Assembly: GCA_963804975.1 (NCBI GenBank)
Contig: CAWDSG010000002.1
Span: 341,015-405,014 of the forward strand
Direction: 5' to 3'
Length of the DNA stretch: 64,000 bases
Source of the DNA: an uncultured bacterium
GTDB lineage: Bacteria; Patescibacteriota; Minisyncoccia; Phycocordibacterales; GWA1-40-21
This document shows positions 18,505 through 28,504 of the stretch, piece after piece; positions within the stretch are counted from its first letter, which is position 1; each line of letters opens with the position of its first letter. The notes under the pieces are model-generated. The model ran no database searches, was not told the origin of the DNA, and worked only from the letters and a program-made list of their open reading frames with translations. The position numbers were made by a program, and so were the translations under genes.

Positions 18505-19086
18505 TTATGCGGCAACATTTTCTTCCTCGGAGACCCGATTCGTTTCTTCCGCTTTTGCAGAATTCTTGTAATTTTCAATCTCGGCTCTGGCCTCCTTGAA
18601 TTCCGGCATATCCTCTATTTTTGTAAGCCCGAGAAAGCTGATCAGCTCAAAAGTCGGCTTATACAGAAAACTTCTCTGGTCTTTAGGATTCGGTATTTTT
18701 TCCACAAGCCCGCGGATCATCAAGCTCCTCAATATGAAATTTGATTGCACTCCCCTTATATAATCTATTTCTGCGCGTGATATCGGTCCCTGATAAATTA
18801 TTATTGAAAGCGTTTCAAGTCCGGCTCTTCCCAAGTCCTTTACCAATTCTTCTTTTGTAAGTTTTTCTATCAGCTCTGAAGCGTCTTTTGAAGTGCCAAG
18901 AGCCACTTCATCTTCTTTTTTTATCATGACAATTCCCCTTCCGGAAAGATTGGTCTCAAGATTTTTAAGCGAAGCGGAAATTTCCTCCTCGGTTTTATTG
19001 AAAATTTGCGAAAGTTTTTTTATTGAAACCGGCTCTCCAAACCAGAAAAGCACCGCTTCTATTTGTTTTTCCAATTCGTTTTGCAT
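18505..19086 (-). CDS. scpB: Segregation and condensation protein B
   Basis: IEAVLF, LETLSIIIYQGPISRAEIDYIRGV. Confidence 0.95.
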   Translation of the reverse strand: MQNELEKQIEAVLFWFGEPVSIKKLSQIFNKTEEEISASLKNLETNLSGRGIVMIKKEDEVALGTSKDASELIEKLTKEELVKDLGRAGLETLSIIIYQGPISRAEIDYIRGVQSNFILRSLMIRGLVEKIPNPKDQRSFLYKPTFELISFLGLTKIEDMPEFKEARAEIENYKNSAKAEETNRVSEEENVAA

Positions 19087-19097
19087 TGTTTTTAAAA

Positions 19098-19826
19098 TTA
19101 ATAACTCGGAACCTCAACATGCTTTGTTTCCATGTGGATATCCTCAAATTTGCCTTTCTGATTGACCTCAATTATACCCCGCTTCACGAGCTCGAGCATA
19201 GCCAAAAAACTTATAATAATATTGATTTTATCAGCTTTTCCCATTCCCGAAAAATCTTTGAAGCTCATTTTCAAGGATGATTTTACCCGTTCCGTAAGTT
19301 TTGTAATCATCTCTTCCAAACTTATGACTTTATCAATTTTCACTTTCGGCCTTACATCAAATTTTGGCAGATTTTTTATCACTGCAAAAATGGCTTTAGC
19401 TATATTTTCCTTTGTCATTTTTGCGTCCGGAGAAAATACCGGTTCAAATTTTCTGGCGTTCGGGAAAAAGAGAATATTTTTTCCGAAAGTGTTTTTAATA
19501 TGGATGCTTAATTCTTTGAGTTTTTTATAGATTTTCAGCTTCAATTCCAAATCATAAATATCAGCTTTTTCTTCCTCGGTAAGATCCAAATTAGGCAGAA
19601 GAGATTTTGATTTGATCAAAAGAAGTGTGGATGCGACAACAAGAAATTCCGAGGTATCTTTGATTGAATATACTTCCCTATTTTGCAGATATGAAATGAA
19701 GTCGTCAGTCACTTTTGCGAGCGATACGTCATTTATCAAAAGCTTTCTCTTTTCTATAAGAGAAAGAAGCAGGTCCATCGGTCCCTCAAAAACTTCCGTT
19801 TTGATTTTGAATTGATTATCGGTCAT
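19098..19826 (-). CDS. scpA: Segregation and condensation protein A
   Basis: FEGPMDLLL...KSKSLLP...FLAMLELVK. Confidence 0.95.
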   Translation of the reverse strand: MTDNQFKIKTEVFEGPMDLLLSLIEKRKLLINDVSLAKVTDDFISYLQNREVYSIKDTSEFLVVASTLLLIKSKSLLPNLDLTEEEKADIYDLELKLKIYKKLKELSIHIKNTFGKNILFFPNARKFEPVFSPDAKMTKENIAKAIFAVIKNLPKFDVRPKVKIDKVISLEEMITKLTERVKSSLKMSFKDFSGMGKADKINIIISFLAMLELVKRGIIEVNQKGKFEDIHMETKHVEVPSY

Positions 19827-20209
19827 TAATTCAATATTTTTTTTAATACTTTTTTCAGTTCATCTTCCGTAGCGGATTTTGCTTTTTCAGGATTCAATTC
19901 GTAAGGATTGTTTATCGGTATCAAATGAATGTGAACATGCGATACGCCGAAGCCTTCCACGACCATGCCGATTCTTTTTGGATTCAGTTTTTCTTTCAAA
20001 AGCTTTGCAATTTTTTTCGCTGCAATCATAAGCTCGCAATATTCATCATCCGGCAGATCAAAAATATAATCAGAATGTTTTTTGGGCACGAGCAGAGTAT
20101 GCCCCGGTTCTACCGGCCTGATATCAAGAAACGCAAGATATTTATCATTTTCCCAAACTTTCAGCCTAGATCCTTCTTTGATTATTTTGCAAAAAATGCA
20201 ATTTTCCAT
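19826..20209 (-). CDS. HIT family hydrolase
   Basis: CIFCKI, GHTLLVPK and HVHIH motifs. Confidence 0.93.
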   Translation of the reverse strand: MENCIFCKIIKEGSRLKVWENDKYLAFLDIRPVEPGHTLLVPKKHSDYIFDLPDDEYCELMIAAKKIAKLLKEKLNPKRIGMVVEGFGVSHVHIHLIPINNPYELNPEKAKSATEDELKKVLKKILN

Positions 20210-20210
20210 T

Positions 20211-21623
20211 TTATTTCTTCTTTTTAATTTCTATTCTCAAATCTCTTAGTTGTTCGGCAGATACTTCCGATGGCGCATCCATCATCAAATCCTTCCCTTC
20301 TCCTGTTTTTGGAAATGCGATAACTTCGCGGATATTCAGCTCATTTTCCAAAATCATCATCAATCTATCAAGTCCCCAAGCGATTCCACCATGCGGAGGA
20401 GTGCCAGATTCAAAAGCCCGGAGCATATGGCCAAAATTTCTTTCAATTCTTTCGTTCTCATATCCCATTATCTGAAAAACTCTTTTTAATGCCTCCGATT
20501 TGTGATTTCTGATGCTTCCACCGCCAATTTCATTTCCGTTTAAAGTAATGTCGTATTGCGCTGCAACAATTTTTTCTATATTTGTTTTGTTCATCAGATC
20601 ATTAAAACATTCCGGTTTTGTTCCGGAAAAAGGATTGTGCGTAAAGGTCCATTTTCTATCATCCCCTTTTTCAAACATTGGAAAATCTACAATCCAAGCA
20701 AAAGCCAACAAATTTGGATCACTTTTATCTTTTCTTAGATCAGGTTTGTCGGTACCGTATCTTTTCATGGATTCTTTATAAGAAATTATCGGAAAAGGAA
20801 TCTCCTGGATTTTTTTGTGAGGATAAAGTTTTTGAATGGATTCAATAAGGGCTTTTTCGTTCACACTCATCACATCTTCTTCTGTGGCAAAACTCATTTC
20901 CAAATCCATCTGTGTGAATTCGGGTTGTCTGTCGCCTCTTGAATCCTCGTCTCTGAAACATCTTGCGAACTGGAAATATTTTTCAAAACCCGCGGACATC
21001 AGAAGCTGTTTATACTGCTGGGGGGATTGCGGAAGAGCAAAAAACTTTCCCGTTTCAAGCCGTGACGGCACAATGAAATCTCTTGAACCTTCCGGTGTGG
21101 AAGCTGTCAGATCCGGAGTTTCTATTTCCGTAAAACCTTCTTTTTCAAAAATATTTCTCAAACACTGTATAAGTTTGAACCTGTTGCGAATATTTTTCTG
21201 CATCCTCGGTCTTCTAAGGTCCATATATCTGTATTTGAGGCGTGCATCTTCGCCGATATCTCTGCCGTCGCCTCGAACATCTATCGGAGGAACGCCTGCT
21301 TCATTTAAAACTGTCATGGAAAGCATTTCAACTTCTACCGTGCCATTCGCTTCATCTTTGTTTATCATTTTTTCCGGCCTAGCATTTACTTTTCCCGTAA
21401 CTTCCACTACCCATTCCGGTCTCACTGTATTTGCAAGTTCGTGAGCTTCTTTATGATTCGGCAAAGCTACCATCTGAACTTTTCCTGACATGTCTCGCAA
21501 GTCAATAAAAATAAGCTTGCCGTGGTCGCGTCTGACATCCACCCAGCCGGCAATTTTCACTTCTTCTCCGACTTTCTTATTCAATTCCCCGATATATGTT
21601 CTTTTCATGGTATTTTTATTCAT
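20211..21623 (-). CDS. aspS: Aspartyl-tRNA synthetase, short form, probably non-discriminating
   Basis: RRDHGKLIFIDLRD, LPQSPQ, FRDED, GGGSIR and PPHGGIAWGLDR motifs; 470 aa. Confidence 0.95.
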   Translation of the reverse strand: MNKNTMKRTYIGELNKKVGEEVKIAGWVDVRRDHGKLIFIDLRDMSGKVQMVALPNHKEAHELANTVRPEWVVEVTGKVNARPEKMINKDEANGTVEVEMLSMTVLNEAGVPPIDVRGDGRDIGEDARLKYRYMDLRRPRMQKNIRNRFKLIQCLRNIFEKEGFTEIETPDLTASTPEGSRDFIVPSRLETGKFFALPQSPQQYKQLLMSAGFEKYFQFARCFRDEDSRGDRQPEFTQMDLEMSFATEEDVMSVNEKALIESIQKLYPHKKIQEIPFPIISYKESMKRYGTDKPDLRKDKSDPNLLAFAWIVDFPMFEKGDDRKWTFTHNPFSGTKPECFNDLMNKTNIEKIVAAQYDITLNGNEIGGGSIRNHKSEALKRVFQIMGYENERIERNFGHMLRAFESGTPPHGGIAWGLDRLMMILENELNIREVIAFPKTGEGKDLMMDAPSEVSAEQLRDLRIEIKKKK

Positions 21624-22608
21624 TTTTAAAATAATCCAAAAACATTTTTTCCTTCACTTTTTTCAAAGTTTCTTTTGCTACTTTCTTAGCTTTTTTTGTA
21701 CCTTCTAAAAGTATCTCCTGAACTATTCTTGGATTATCTTCATAATATTTTCTCCTCTCTCTTATGGGCTCTAATTTCTCTATTATACTTTCTGCTAATA
21801 TCGGTTTTAGTTCAGAATATTTTATTGTGTCAGTATCATATTCTTTTTTGAGTTTTTCAACCAATTTTTTGTCATCGGAAAACTGTTCAAAAAGTGACAA
21901 TAGATTCTGCCCACCTACCTTTCCTGTAAGCGCTCCTTTTATTTTTTCTCTGATGCTTTCCGGAGAATCAGTGAAAGTTATTGAATTGTCAGCGCTCTTT
22001 CCCATTTTTTTTCCATCCATACCCAAAACTCTAGGAAAATCTCCAACTTTTGCTTCAGGTAATTTAAAAGTTTCTCCATAAATTCTGTTGAATTTTCTAA
22101 CTATCTCACGCGTTTGTTCGATCATTGGCAGTTGATCCTCGCCAACTGGTACCAAATCTGCCTGGAACGAAAGAATGTCCGCTGCTTGGCTAATCGGATA
22201 TCCTAAAAAACCCATAGTTACATCATCCTTAAACAATTCTTTTTTCTGCTGGATTTCCTCTTTTACCGTAGGATTTCTTTTTAAACGATCAATAGTCACT
22301 AAATTAGAAAAGAAAATTGTTAATTCTGCTATTTCTGAAATTTCTGATTGAATAAATATTACTGACTTCTTTGGATCAATTCCCACAGCCAAATTATCCA
22401 TCGCCACTTCATAAACATTTTTTCTGACTTTTTGAGGATTGTTAAAATTATCGGTCAGAGCCTGAACATCAGCAATCATTACATATGTCTGATATTCATC
22501 CTGAAGAAGCACTCTATTTTTAAGCGCGCCCAATAAATGACCTATATGAAGTTGCCCTGTCGGTCTATCACCCGTAAGAATTGTTTTTTTGCCGGATTCT
22601 TTACTCAT
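21616..22608 (-). CDS. trpS: Tryptophanyl-tRNA synthetase
   Basis: TGDRPTG, HIGH, YPISQAADI, VPVGEDQ and KMGKS motifs. Confidence 0.95.
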   Translation of the reverse strand: MSKESGKKTILTGDRPTGQLHIGHLLGALKNRVLLQDEYQTYVMIADVQALTDNFNNPQKVRKNVYEVAMDNLAVGIDPKKSVIFIQSEISEIAELTIFFSNLVTIDRLKRNPTVKEEIQQKKELFKDDVTMGFLGYPISQAADILSFQADLVPVGEDQLPMIEQTREIVRKFNRIYGETFKLPEAKVGDFPRVLGMDGKKMGKSADNSITFTDSPESIREKIKGALTGKVGGQNLLSLFEQFSDDKKLVEKLKKEYDTDTIKYSELKPILAESIIEKLEPIRERRKYYEDNPRIVQEILLEGTKKAKKVAKETLKKVKEKMFLDYFKNE

Positions 22609-22640
22609 AAGGTAATAATATCACAAAATTTTTGAGTTTT

Positions 22641-24428
22641 CTATTGTTCTTCATCGCTAATAAACCCACTTACCTGCAAATCCCAAAGTTTTTTATAAAG
22701 CCCACTTTTCTTGTTGACCAGTTCATCGTGGCTCCCTTCTTCAATAATCTTGCCATCCTGTATCGCGATAATACGGTCCATTTTCTTGATAGTGGAAAGC
22801 CGGTGCGCAATGACAATCGTAGTGCATCCGCGCATAAGATTATCAAGGGCGTCCTGAATCAAAAATTCCGAATGGGAATCCAAGCTTGAAGTCGCTTCGT
22901 CGAGAATTAGTATCGGCGCTTTCTTTAAAATCGCTCTGGCAATCGCAACACGCTGGCGTTCGCCGCCGGAAAGCTTTATTCCCCGCTCGCCGACAAAAGT
23001 ATTGTATTTCAAAGGCAGAGTATCAATGAACTCATCGCAATGAGCAAGGCGTGCAGCTCTGATTACTTCTTCGTCCGTTGCATCCCGTCTTCCATAACGT
23101 ATATTATCCAAAAGCGTGCGATGAAAAAGAATCGGATCTTGAGGCACAAAGCCGATATTTTCACGAAGACTGTCTTGTGTAACGGTATGAATATCCTGTC
23201 CGTCAATCAGAATAAATCCTCTTACCACATCATAGAGCCGCATAATAAGCCTGACAAAAGTGGTTTTGCCCGCTCCGGATGGCCCTATAATTGCAATTTT
23301 TTCTCCCGGTTTAATCGTGATATTTATATCGCTTAAAACTTCCCGTGTCTCGTTGAAATTGAAACTTACGTTTTTAAACACAATCTCTCCTTTATTTACG
23401 GCAAGTTTTTTTGCACCGGGAACATCCTGTATTTCGTACGGCGTCAGAAGAATATCAACCATCTCTTTTGAATCCGCAACGCTTTCGGATATTCGGCGGA
23501 CAACGCTGCTAAGGCCCCATAATTGCTGGGCAAGGCCAATGACATATGTTTGGACTAAAACGAAAACACCGATTGTCGCCAAACCTTTCTCCCAATATTT
23601 TATTGTGTAATAGAAAACGAAAAATTCGACAAGGGTAATAAGAAGCGACTGTGTTCCATCCACGATTTCGCTCAAAAGCCAGGAAAATCTCATTTTGCGC
23701 GCCTGGTCATCGGAAACATTTTTAAACCCTTTCGATTCGTAGCTATGTCCTGTAAAAAAGGAAATAGCATTATTGTTTGTTATCGTATCTGCAAGATATC
23801 CTGTAGTTTTGGAATCGGCCTCGGCGACTGCAAGATCATATTTAAGTTTCCATCGCGAAAAGAAAAAATTAAATATAATAAATAAGATCACCCAGCCAAG
23901 GATGACAAAAGAAATAAGCGGAGCAATAAACCATGTGATGGCAATGGAACCGACAATAGTGATTGCAACGGGCATAATGTTGAACGCGATGACGTCACAT
24001 AACACTTCAAAAGAACGGCTGAAACGATTGACTCTTTGGACAAGTCCGCCTGTAAAATTATTGGCGAAAAAACTGTAAGAATGCAGGGACATATAATTGA
24101 ACGCATGCTGTTTAAGCCAGGATATTACTTTTGATTGCATTCCGTTATACCAATACATGCCAATTCGCCAAAAAATCCAATTGGTAAGATGAAAAGCTAC
24201 GACAATGATAATGATTACAATCAATTGATGAACTACAAGAGAATGGTTGGTACCGGCAATACCCAATACATCAAAAAATTTTTTATAAAAAATCGGTACA
24301 AAAAGAGACACGGTCTGGGAAATAAAAAAGAACGCAAAAGCGCCGTAAAACATTACTTTGTTCGGTTTTATTCCCTTCCAGAATTCCTTGATTATCTGGC
24401 TGATTTTTATGTTTTGCGATTTTTTCAT
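22641..24428 (-). CDS. Fused ABC exporter (TMD+NBD, MsbA/Atm1-like)
   Basis: N-terminal TM domain; GPSGAGKT, LSGGERQR and LDEATS motifs. Confidence 0.93.
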   Translation of the reverse strand: MKKSQNIKISQIIKEFWKGIKPNKVMFYGAFAFFFISQTVSLFVPIFYKKFFDVLGIAGTNHSLVVHQLIVIIIIVVAFHLTNWIFWRIGMYWYNGMQSKVISWLKQHAFNYMSLHSYSFFANNFTGGLVQRVNRFSRSFEVLCDVIAFNIMPVAITIVGSIAITWFIAPLISFVILGWVILFIIFNFFFSRWKLKYDLAVAEADSKTTGYLADTITNNNAISFFTGHSYESKGFKNVSDDQARKMRFSWLLSEIVDGTQSLLITLVEFFVFYYTIKYWEKGLATIGVFVLVQTYVIGLAQQLWGLSSVVRRISESVADSKEMVDILLTPYEIQDVPGAKKLAVNKGEIVFKNVSFNFNETREVLSDINITIKPGEKIAIIGPSGAGKTTFVRLIMRLYDVVRGFILIDGQDIHTVTQDSLRENIGFVPQDPILFHRTLLDNIRYGRRDATDEEVIRAARLAHCDEFIDTLPLKYNTFVGERGIKLSGGERQRVAIARAILKKAPILILDEATSSLDSHSEFLIQDALDNLMRGCTTIVIAHRLSTIKKMDRIIAIQDGKIIEEGSHDELVNKKSGLYKKLWDLQVSGFISDEEQ

Positions 24429-24514
24429 AATAAGCGCCGATTATATAATAAAAATAGCCGGATGAGAAGAGAACAGCCCGGCCAATTTTATTTGATTGAA
24501 ATTTATTTGATCAA

Positions 24515-25195
24515 TTATGTTTTTAATTTTGCAACTTCGGAAAAACTGCATTCGCACGGAGCTTTGTGGCATACATGGCATCCGTTGTAATACATTTTTT
24601 CCAACTCCTTCGCAACGTCTATTTTTGCCGAATTTGCCACTCCAAACATGCAGGAAACAAAATCTGCCAGTTCAAGTTTAATCTCATCAAATTGTTTTTG
24701 CTGATGCTGGCCTAGATAATTATGAATAGCTTCGCTTACCTCGCCCATTTCTTCCGCCAGATGCACTCCTGCATCTGCAAGCGTTCTTGTATCGGGAGGA
24801 TATATCTCGCTGAACATTTTCTGAAAACCGGAAAGTGTTTTTGGCCTGAGATTATTGTTTATTTTCACTTTTAATCTTTCTACAGGTTTTATTTTCTTGC
24901 AAATACATGGCTTGTTTCCGCAATATGAGCAAAGATACGGGAAACGTTTCCATACTTCTTCTTCAATATCAATATGAAGGCGTTCTATCATAGAAAACGA
25001 AAAAGCTATAAGCAGATTCAGTTTTAATTTTTCAATGTCGCCTTTTCTGATTCCTTTCAGGGCGCGCATCACAAACCGTTGTTGCTGCGTAAGCAGATCG
25101 TGTATTGAATAGTTGCGGTCATCAGGCAAGGAATAAACATCATTAACAAATTTCTGAAAACCCTTTATTGAATCTTTGTCTTGAAATTTAATCAT
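24515..25195 (-). CDS. Tandem MazG-like nucleotide pyrophosphohydrolase with Cys motifs
   Basis: HLAEEMGEVSE...ELAD in the C-terminal half; each half starts GFQK and ends CxxC...PCxC. Confidence 0.75.
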   Translation of the reverse strand: MIKFQDKDSIKGFQKFVNDVYSLPDDRNYSIHDLLTQQQRFVMRALKGIRKGDIEKLKLNLLIAFSFSMIERLHIDIEEEVWKRFPYLCSYCGNKPCICKKIKPVERLKVKINNNLRPKTLSGFQKMFSEIYPPDTRTLADAGVHLAEEMGEVSEAIHNYLGQHQQKQFDEIKLELADFVSCMFGVANSAKIDVAKELEKMYYNGCHVCHKAPCECSFSEVAKLKT

Positions 25196-25233
25196 ATTAT
25201 TGATTGTAATTATACGGACAAAAAAGTCAATTT

Positions 25234-26121
25234 TTAGAGTCCTTCTCTTTTCAAACTTTCAACATCCTCTCTCGCTTTTCTTGAAAGCCGGGTCGGAATT
25301 TTAATGTTAAGTTTGATGAGTAAATCACCTCTTTTTGAACCGCCGATGGGCACTCCTTTGCCCTTTATACGCAATATTTGGCCGAATTCAGCGCCTTCCG
25401 GAACCTTTAGCTCTATATCTCCATCAAGCGTTTTAAGAGTGTATTTAGCCCCAAGCAGAGCGTCGGAAAGTTTTATGTTCAATTCTGTTACTAGGTCTTT
25501 ACCTTCCTTTTTAAACAAAGGATCTTTTTTAACATGAATCTTAATATAAAGATCTCCGGGCGTGCCGTCTTTTATCGTTTCTCCGGCATTTGGAAGCCGC
25601 AGAGTTTGTCCGTTATCAATGCCGGCCGGAATAGTTACAGTAAATTTTTCTTCTTTCATCGTTCCGCTTGAATTTTTAGTCAATCGTATTTGTTTTTCTG
25701 CGCCGAATACGGATTCATAAAATGAAATTTCCAAATCTACCGAAATATCCCTTCCTTTTCTCTGTCTTCTTCCGAAACCTCCGCCGAAGAAATCTCCGAA
25801 AATATCTCCAAGGTCAAAATCAAAATTTTGTCCGCCTTGGTTGAATCCGGAAAAATCAAAACCAAAATCCTGCGCATTGAATCCGCCTGCTCCGCCATAG
25901 CCAGCCCCTGTCGGGCCCGCGCTTCCAAATTGGTCGTATTGCGCCCTTTTTTGGTCATCGGAAAGCACGCTGTAAGCTTCACTTACTTCTTTGAATTTTT
26001 CGGCGTTGCCTCCTTTGTCTGGATGATGTTCGTGTGCCAGCTTTCTGAAAGCTTTTTTAATATCATCTTTCGTGGCATTTTTTTCCACACCGAGCGATTT
26101 GTAATAATCTTTGTTTGACAT
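25234..26121 (-). CDS. dnaJ: DnaJ-class chaperone lacking the zinc finger
   Basis: J domain with HPD, G/F-rich region, C-terminal domain, no CxxCxGxG repeats; downstream of dnaK. Confidence 0.88.
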   Translation of the reverse strand: MSNKDYYKSLGVEKNATKDDIKKAFRKLAHEHHPDKGGNAEKFKEVSEAYSVLSDDQKRAQYDQFGSAGPTGAGYGGAGGFNAQDFGFDFSGFNQGGQNFDFDLGDIFGDFFGGGFGRRQRKGRDISVDLEISFYESVFGAEKQIRLTKNSSGTMKEEKFTVTIPAGIDNGQTLRLPNAGETIKDGTPGDLYIKIHVKKDPLFKKEGKDLVTELNIKLSDALLGAKYTLKTLDGDIELKVPEGAEFGQILRIKGKGVPIGGSKRGDLLIKLNIKIPTRLSRKAREDVESLKREGL

Positions 26122-26199
26122 TTATTTGATATTTGACTTTTATTCTACAATGATGTACCATACACTCGAAATTAAAATTCTTTGAGTGGAGGAAACAAA

Positions 26200-26376
26200 A
26201 TGCCTGAAATAATCGTTCATCTTATTATTGGACTAGCTGTAGGAACTTTTTGTGGGGTTACTATCAACGAGATTCCTGGTAGTTCACCTGCCTTATCGGT
26301 AGGTATTGGAATGTTGGCATGTATAATAATAACCTGTTTTTTATTAACTCTTATGTATATAAGAAAAAGAACTTGA
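26200..26376 (+). CDS. Small two-TM orphan protein in opposite orientation between dnaK and dnaJ
   Basis: TTGACT-N17-TACCAT at 26133-26161; GGAGG at 26188; hairpin at 26396-26434. Confidence 0.6.
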   Translation: MPEIIVHLIIGLAVGTFCGVTINEIPGSSPALSVGIGMLACIIITCFLLTLMYIRKRT

Positions 26377-26395
26377 ATAAACAACCCTTGCGGGT

Positions 26396-26434
26396 GGCCT
26401 GCGATTCGCGCGTTTTTAGCGCGAATTGCAGGCC
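26396..26434. terminator. Long GC-rich hairpin terminator between the cassette and the dnaK 3' end
   Basis: GGCCTGCGATTCGCGC / GCGCGAATTGCAGGCC followed by a T run on the + strand. Confidence 0.65.
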
Positions 26435-26462
26435 TTTTTGTTTTCCAATTTTAATGAACTTT

Positions 26463-28349
26463 TTACTTTTTCTCCTTGTATTCCGCATCCTTGATGTTGT
26501 CATCTTTTTTATCCTCTGTTCCTGCAGTTTGTCCTGGCGCTTCTTTGCTTGCTTTTGAAACTGCTTCGCCGATTTTTTGCATTTCGGTTGAGAGCGCTTC
26601 TGTTGCAGTTTTTATTGCGGTCAAATCAGTTCCCTCTTTTGCTTTTTTAAGGTCGGCAATTTTATCTTCCACGCCTTTTACGATTTCCGGCGTAACTTTT
26701 GCGCCGTAATCCTTGATAGCTTTTTCCGCAGTATAAATCATCTGCTCGGCAAGATTTTTTGTTTCAACCTCCTCTTTTTTCTTTTTATCTTCCTCCGCGT
26801 GAAGTTCGGCTTCTTTTTGCATTTTTTCCACCTCTTCTTTTTTAAGGCCGGAGCTTGCTTCTATTTTTATGGACTGTTCTTTGCCTGTAGATTTATCTTT
26901 CGCTTTGACGTTCAAGATTCCGTTTGCATCAATATCAAAGCTGACTTCAATCTGCGGCATACCTCTTGGCGCCGGTGCTATGCCGTCCAGAATGAATCTG
27001 CCCAAGCTTTTGTTGTCTTTTGCCATCGGTCTTTCACCTTGAACGATATGGATTTCCACGGAAGTCTGGTTGTCCGCTGCAGTTGAAAATACCTGGCTTC
27101 TTGAAGTTGGAATGGTTGTGTTCTTTTCTATCAAGTGCGTTGCGACGCCTCCCATCGTTTCAATTCCCATTGAAAGCGGAGTAACATCAAGCAAAAGCAC
27201 ATCTTTCACATCGCCTCTCAAAATTCCGCCTTGAACCGCGGCTCCCATAGCCACAACTTCATCGGGATTTACGGAAAGGTTCGGTTCTTTTCCAAAAAGC
27301 GCTTTTACCGCAGAAACAATGGCAGGCATTCTTGTTTGTCCGCCGACCATTATGACTTCGTTTATTTCCTCTTTTTTAAATGGAGAAGCCGAAAGGGCTC
27401 TTTTTGAAATTTCCATAGATCTGTCTACGAATTCTTTTGTCAGATTTTCAAGAGTTGCGCGGGATAATTTTACAAGCAAATGTTTCGGGCCCGAAGCGTC
27501 GCTTGTGACAAACGGAATATTAATTTCCGTTTCAAGCACGGTTGAAAGCTCTATTTTTGCTTTCTCGGCCGCTTCATCAATTCTTTGCAAAGAAAGCGGA
27601 TCTTTTCTCAAATCAATTCCGTTTTCTTTCATAAATTGGTCTGCGAGCCAATCCACGATTTTTTTGTCTATATCTCGTCCGCCAAGATGCGAGTCGCCGT
27701 CTGTTGAGCGGACTTCCACCACGTTATCGCCAATCTCAAGTATTGAGATATCAAAAGTTCCTCCGCCGAAATCGTACACGGCAATCTTTTCATTCTTGTT
27801 TTTGTTGAGCCCGTAAGCAAGTGCCGCAGCTGTCGGCTCGTTTATAATTCTTAGGACATTTAATCCTGCGATTTGTCCGGCATCTTTTGTTGCCTGTCTT
27901 TGCGAATCGTTGAAGTACGCTGGCACTGTAATGACCGCGTCTGTAATTTTCTCGCCGAGCCGCGCTTCAGCATCGTTCTTTAATTTCTGCAATATCATAG
28001 CAGAAACTTCTTCCGGTCTGTAGTTTTTTCCTGCCATTGCAACTTCCACTCCGCCGTTTGAAGATTTCAAGACATCAAAAGAAACCGACGCTTTATCTTT
28101 CTGCACTCCGGCATCATCGTATTGATGGCCCATAAATCTTTTGATTTGGAAAACCGTATTTTTAGGATTGGTTACCGCTTGCCTTCTTGCAAGAAGACCA
28201 ACCAATCTTTCGCCGGTTTTTGTCGTTGCGACAATTGACGGCGTGGTTCTTGCGCCCTCGGCATTCTCAATGATTTTTGGAGAATTTCCTTCCATCACTG
28301 CCATCGCCGAAAATGTCGTTCCCAGATCTATTCCTATAATTTTTGACAT
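26463..28349 (-). CDS. dnaK: Chaperone DnaK (Hsp70)
   Basis: [28 protein letters not shown] and NPDEVVA motifs. Confidence 0.99.
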   Translation of the reverse strand: MSKIIGIDLGTTFSAMAVMEGNSPKIIENAEGARTTPSIVATTKTGERLVGLLARRQAVTNPKNTVFQIKRFMGHQYDDAGVQKDKASVSFDVLKSSNGGVEVAMAGKNYRPEEVSAMILQKLKNDAEARLGEKITDAVITVPAYFNDSQRQATKDAGQIAGLNVLRIINEPTAAALAYGLNKNKNEKIAVYDFGGGTFDISILEIGDNVVEVRSTDGDSHLGGRDIDKKIVDWLADQFMKENGIDLRKDPLSLQRIDEAAEKAKIELSTVLETEINIPFVTSDASGPKHLLVKLSRATLENLTKEFVDRSMEISKRALSASPFKKEEINEVIMVGGQTRMPAIVSAVKALFGKEPNLSVNPDEVVAMGAAVQGGILRGDVKDVLLLDVTPLSMGIETMGGVATHLIEKNTTIPTSRSQVFSTAADNQTSVEIHIVQGERPMAKDNKSLGRFILDGIAPAPRGMPQIEVSFDIDANGILNVKAKDKSTGKEQSIKIEASSGLKKEEVEKMQKEAELHAEEDKKKKEEVETKNLAEQMIYTAEKAIKDYGAKVTPEIVKGVEDKIADLKKAKEGTDLTAIKTATEALSTEMQKIGEAVSKASKEAPGQTAGTEDKKDDNIKDAEYKEKK

Positions 28350-28368
28350 AATTTTTTTAGTTAATTTA

Positions 28369-28426
28369 GAATTTTCGGAGGTGAAACCTTGAGAATTCGT
28401 ATTTAAGGTTTCTCCTCGGAAAATTC
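28369..28426. repeat. Inverted doublet of REP-like AGGT(N3)CCT units in the dnaK leader
   Basis: GAATTTTCGGAGGTGAAACCTT / AAGGTTTCTCCTCGGAAAATTC, 20 of 22 positions complementary. Confidence 0.7.
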
Positions 28427-28468
28427 ATTTGTAATTCCAAATGACCCAATTACTTGGGCCTAGCACAT

Positions 28469-28499
28469 GACGAAAATTTTGCGAAGCAAAATTTTCGTC
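28469..28499. repeat. Perfect 14-bp hairpin capped by GCGAAGC
   Basis: GACGAAAATTTTGC-GAA-GCAAAATTTTCGTC. Confidence 0.8.
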
Positions 28500-28504
28500 C
28501 AGTA

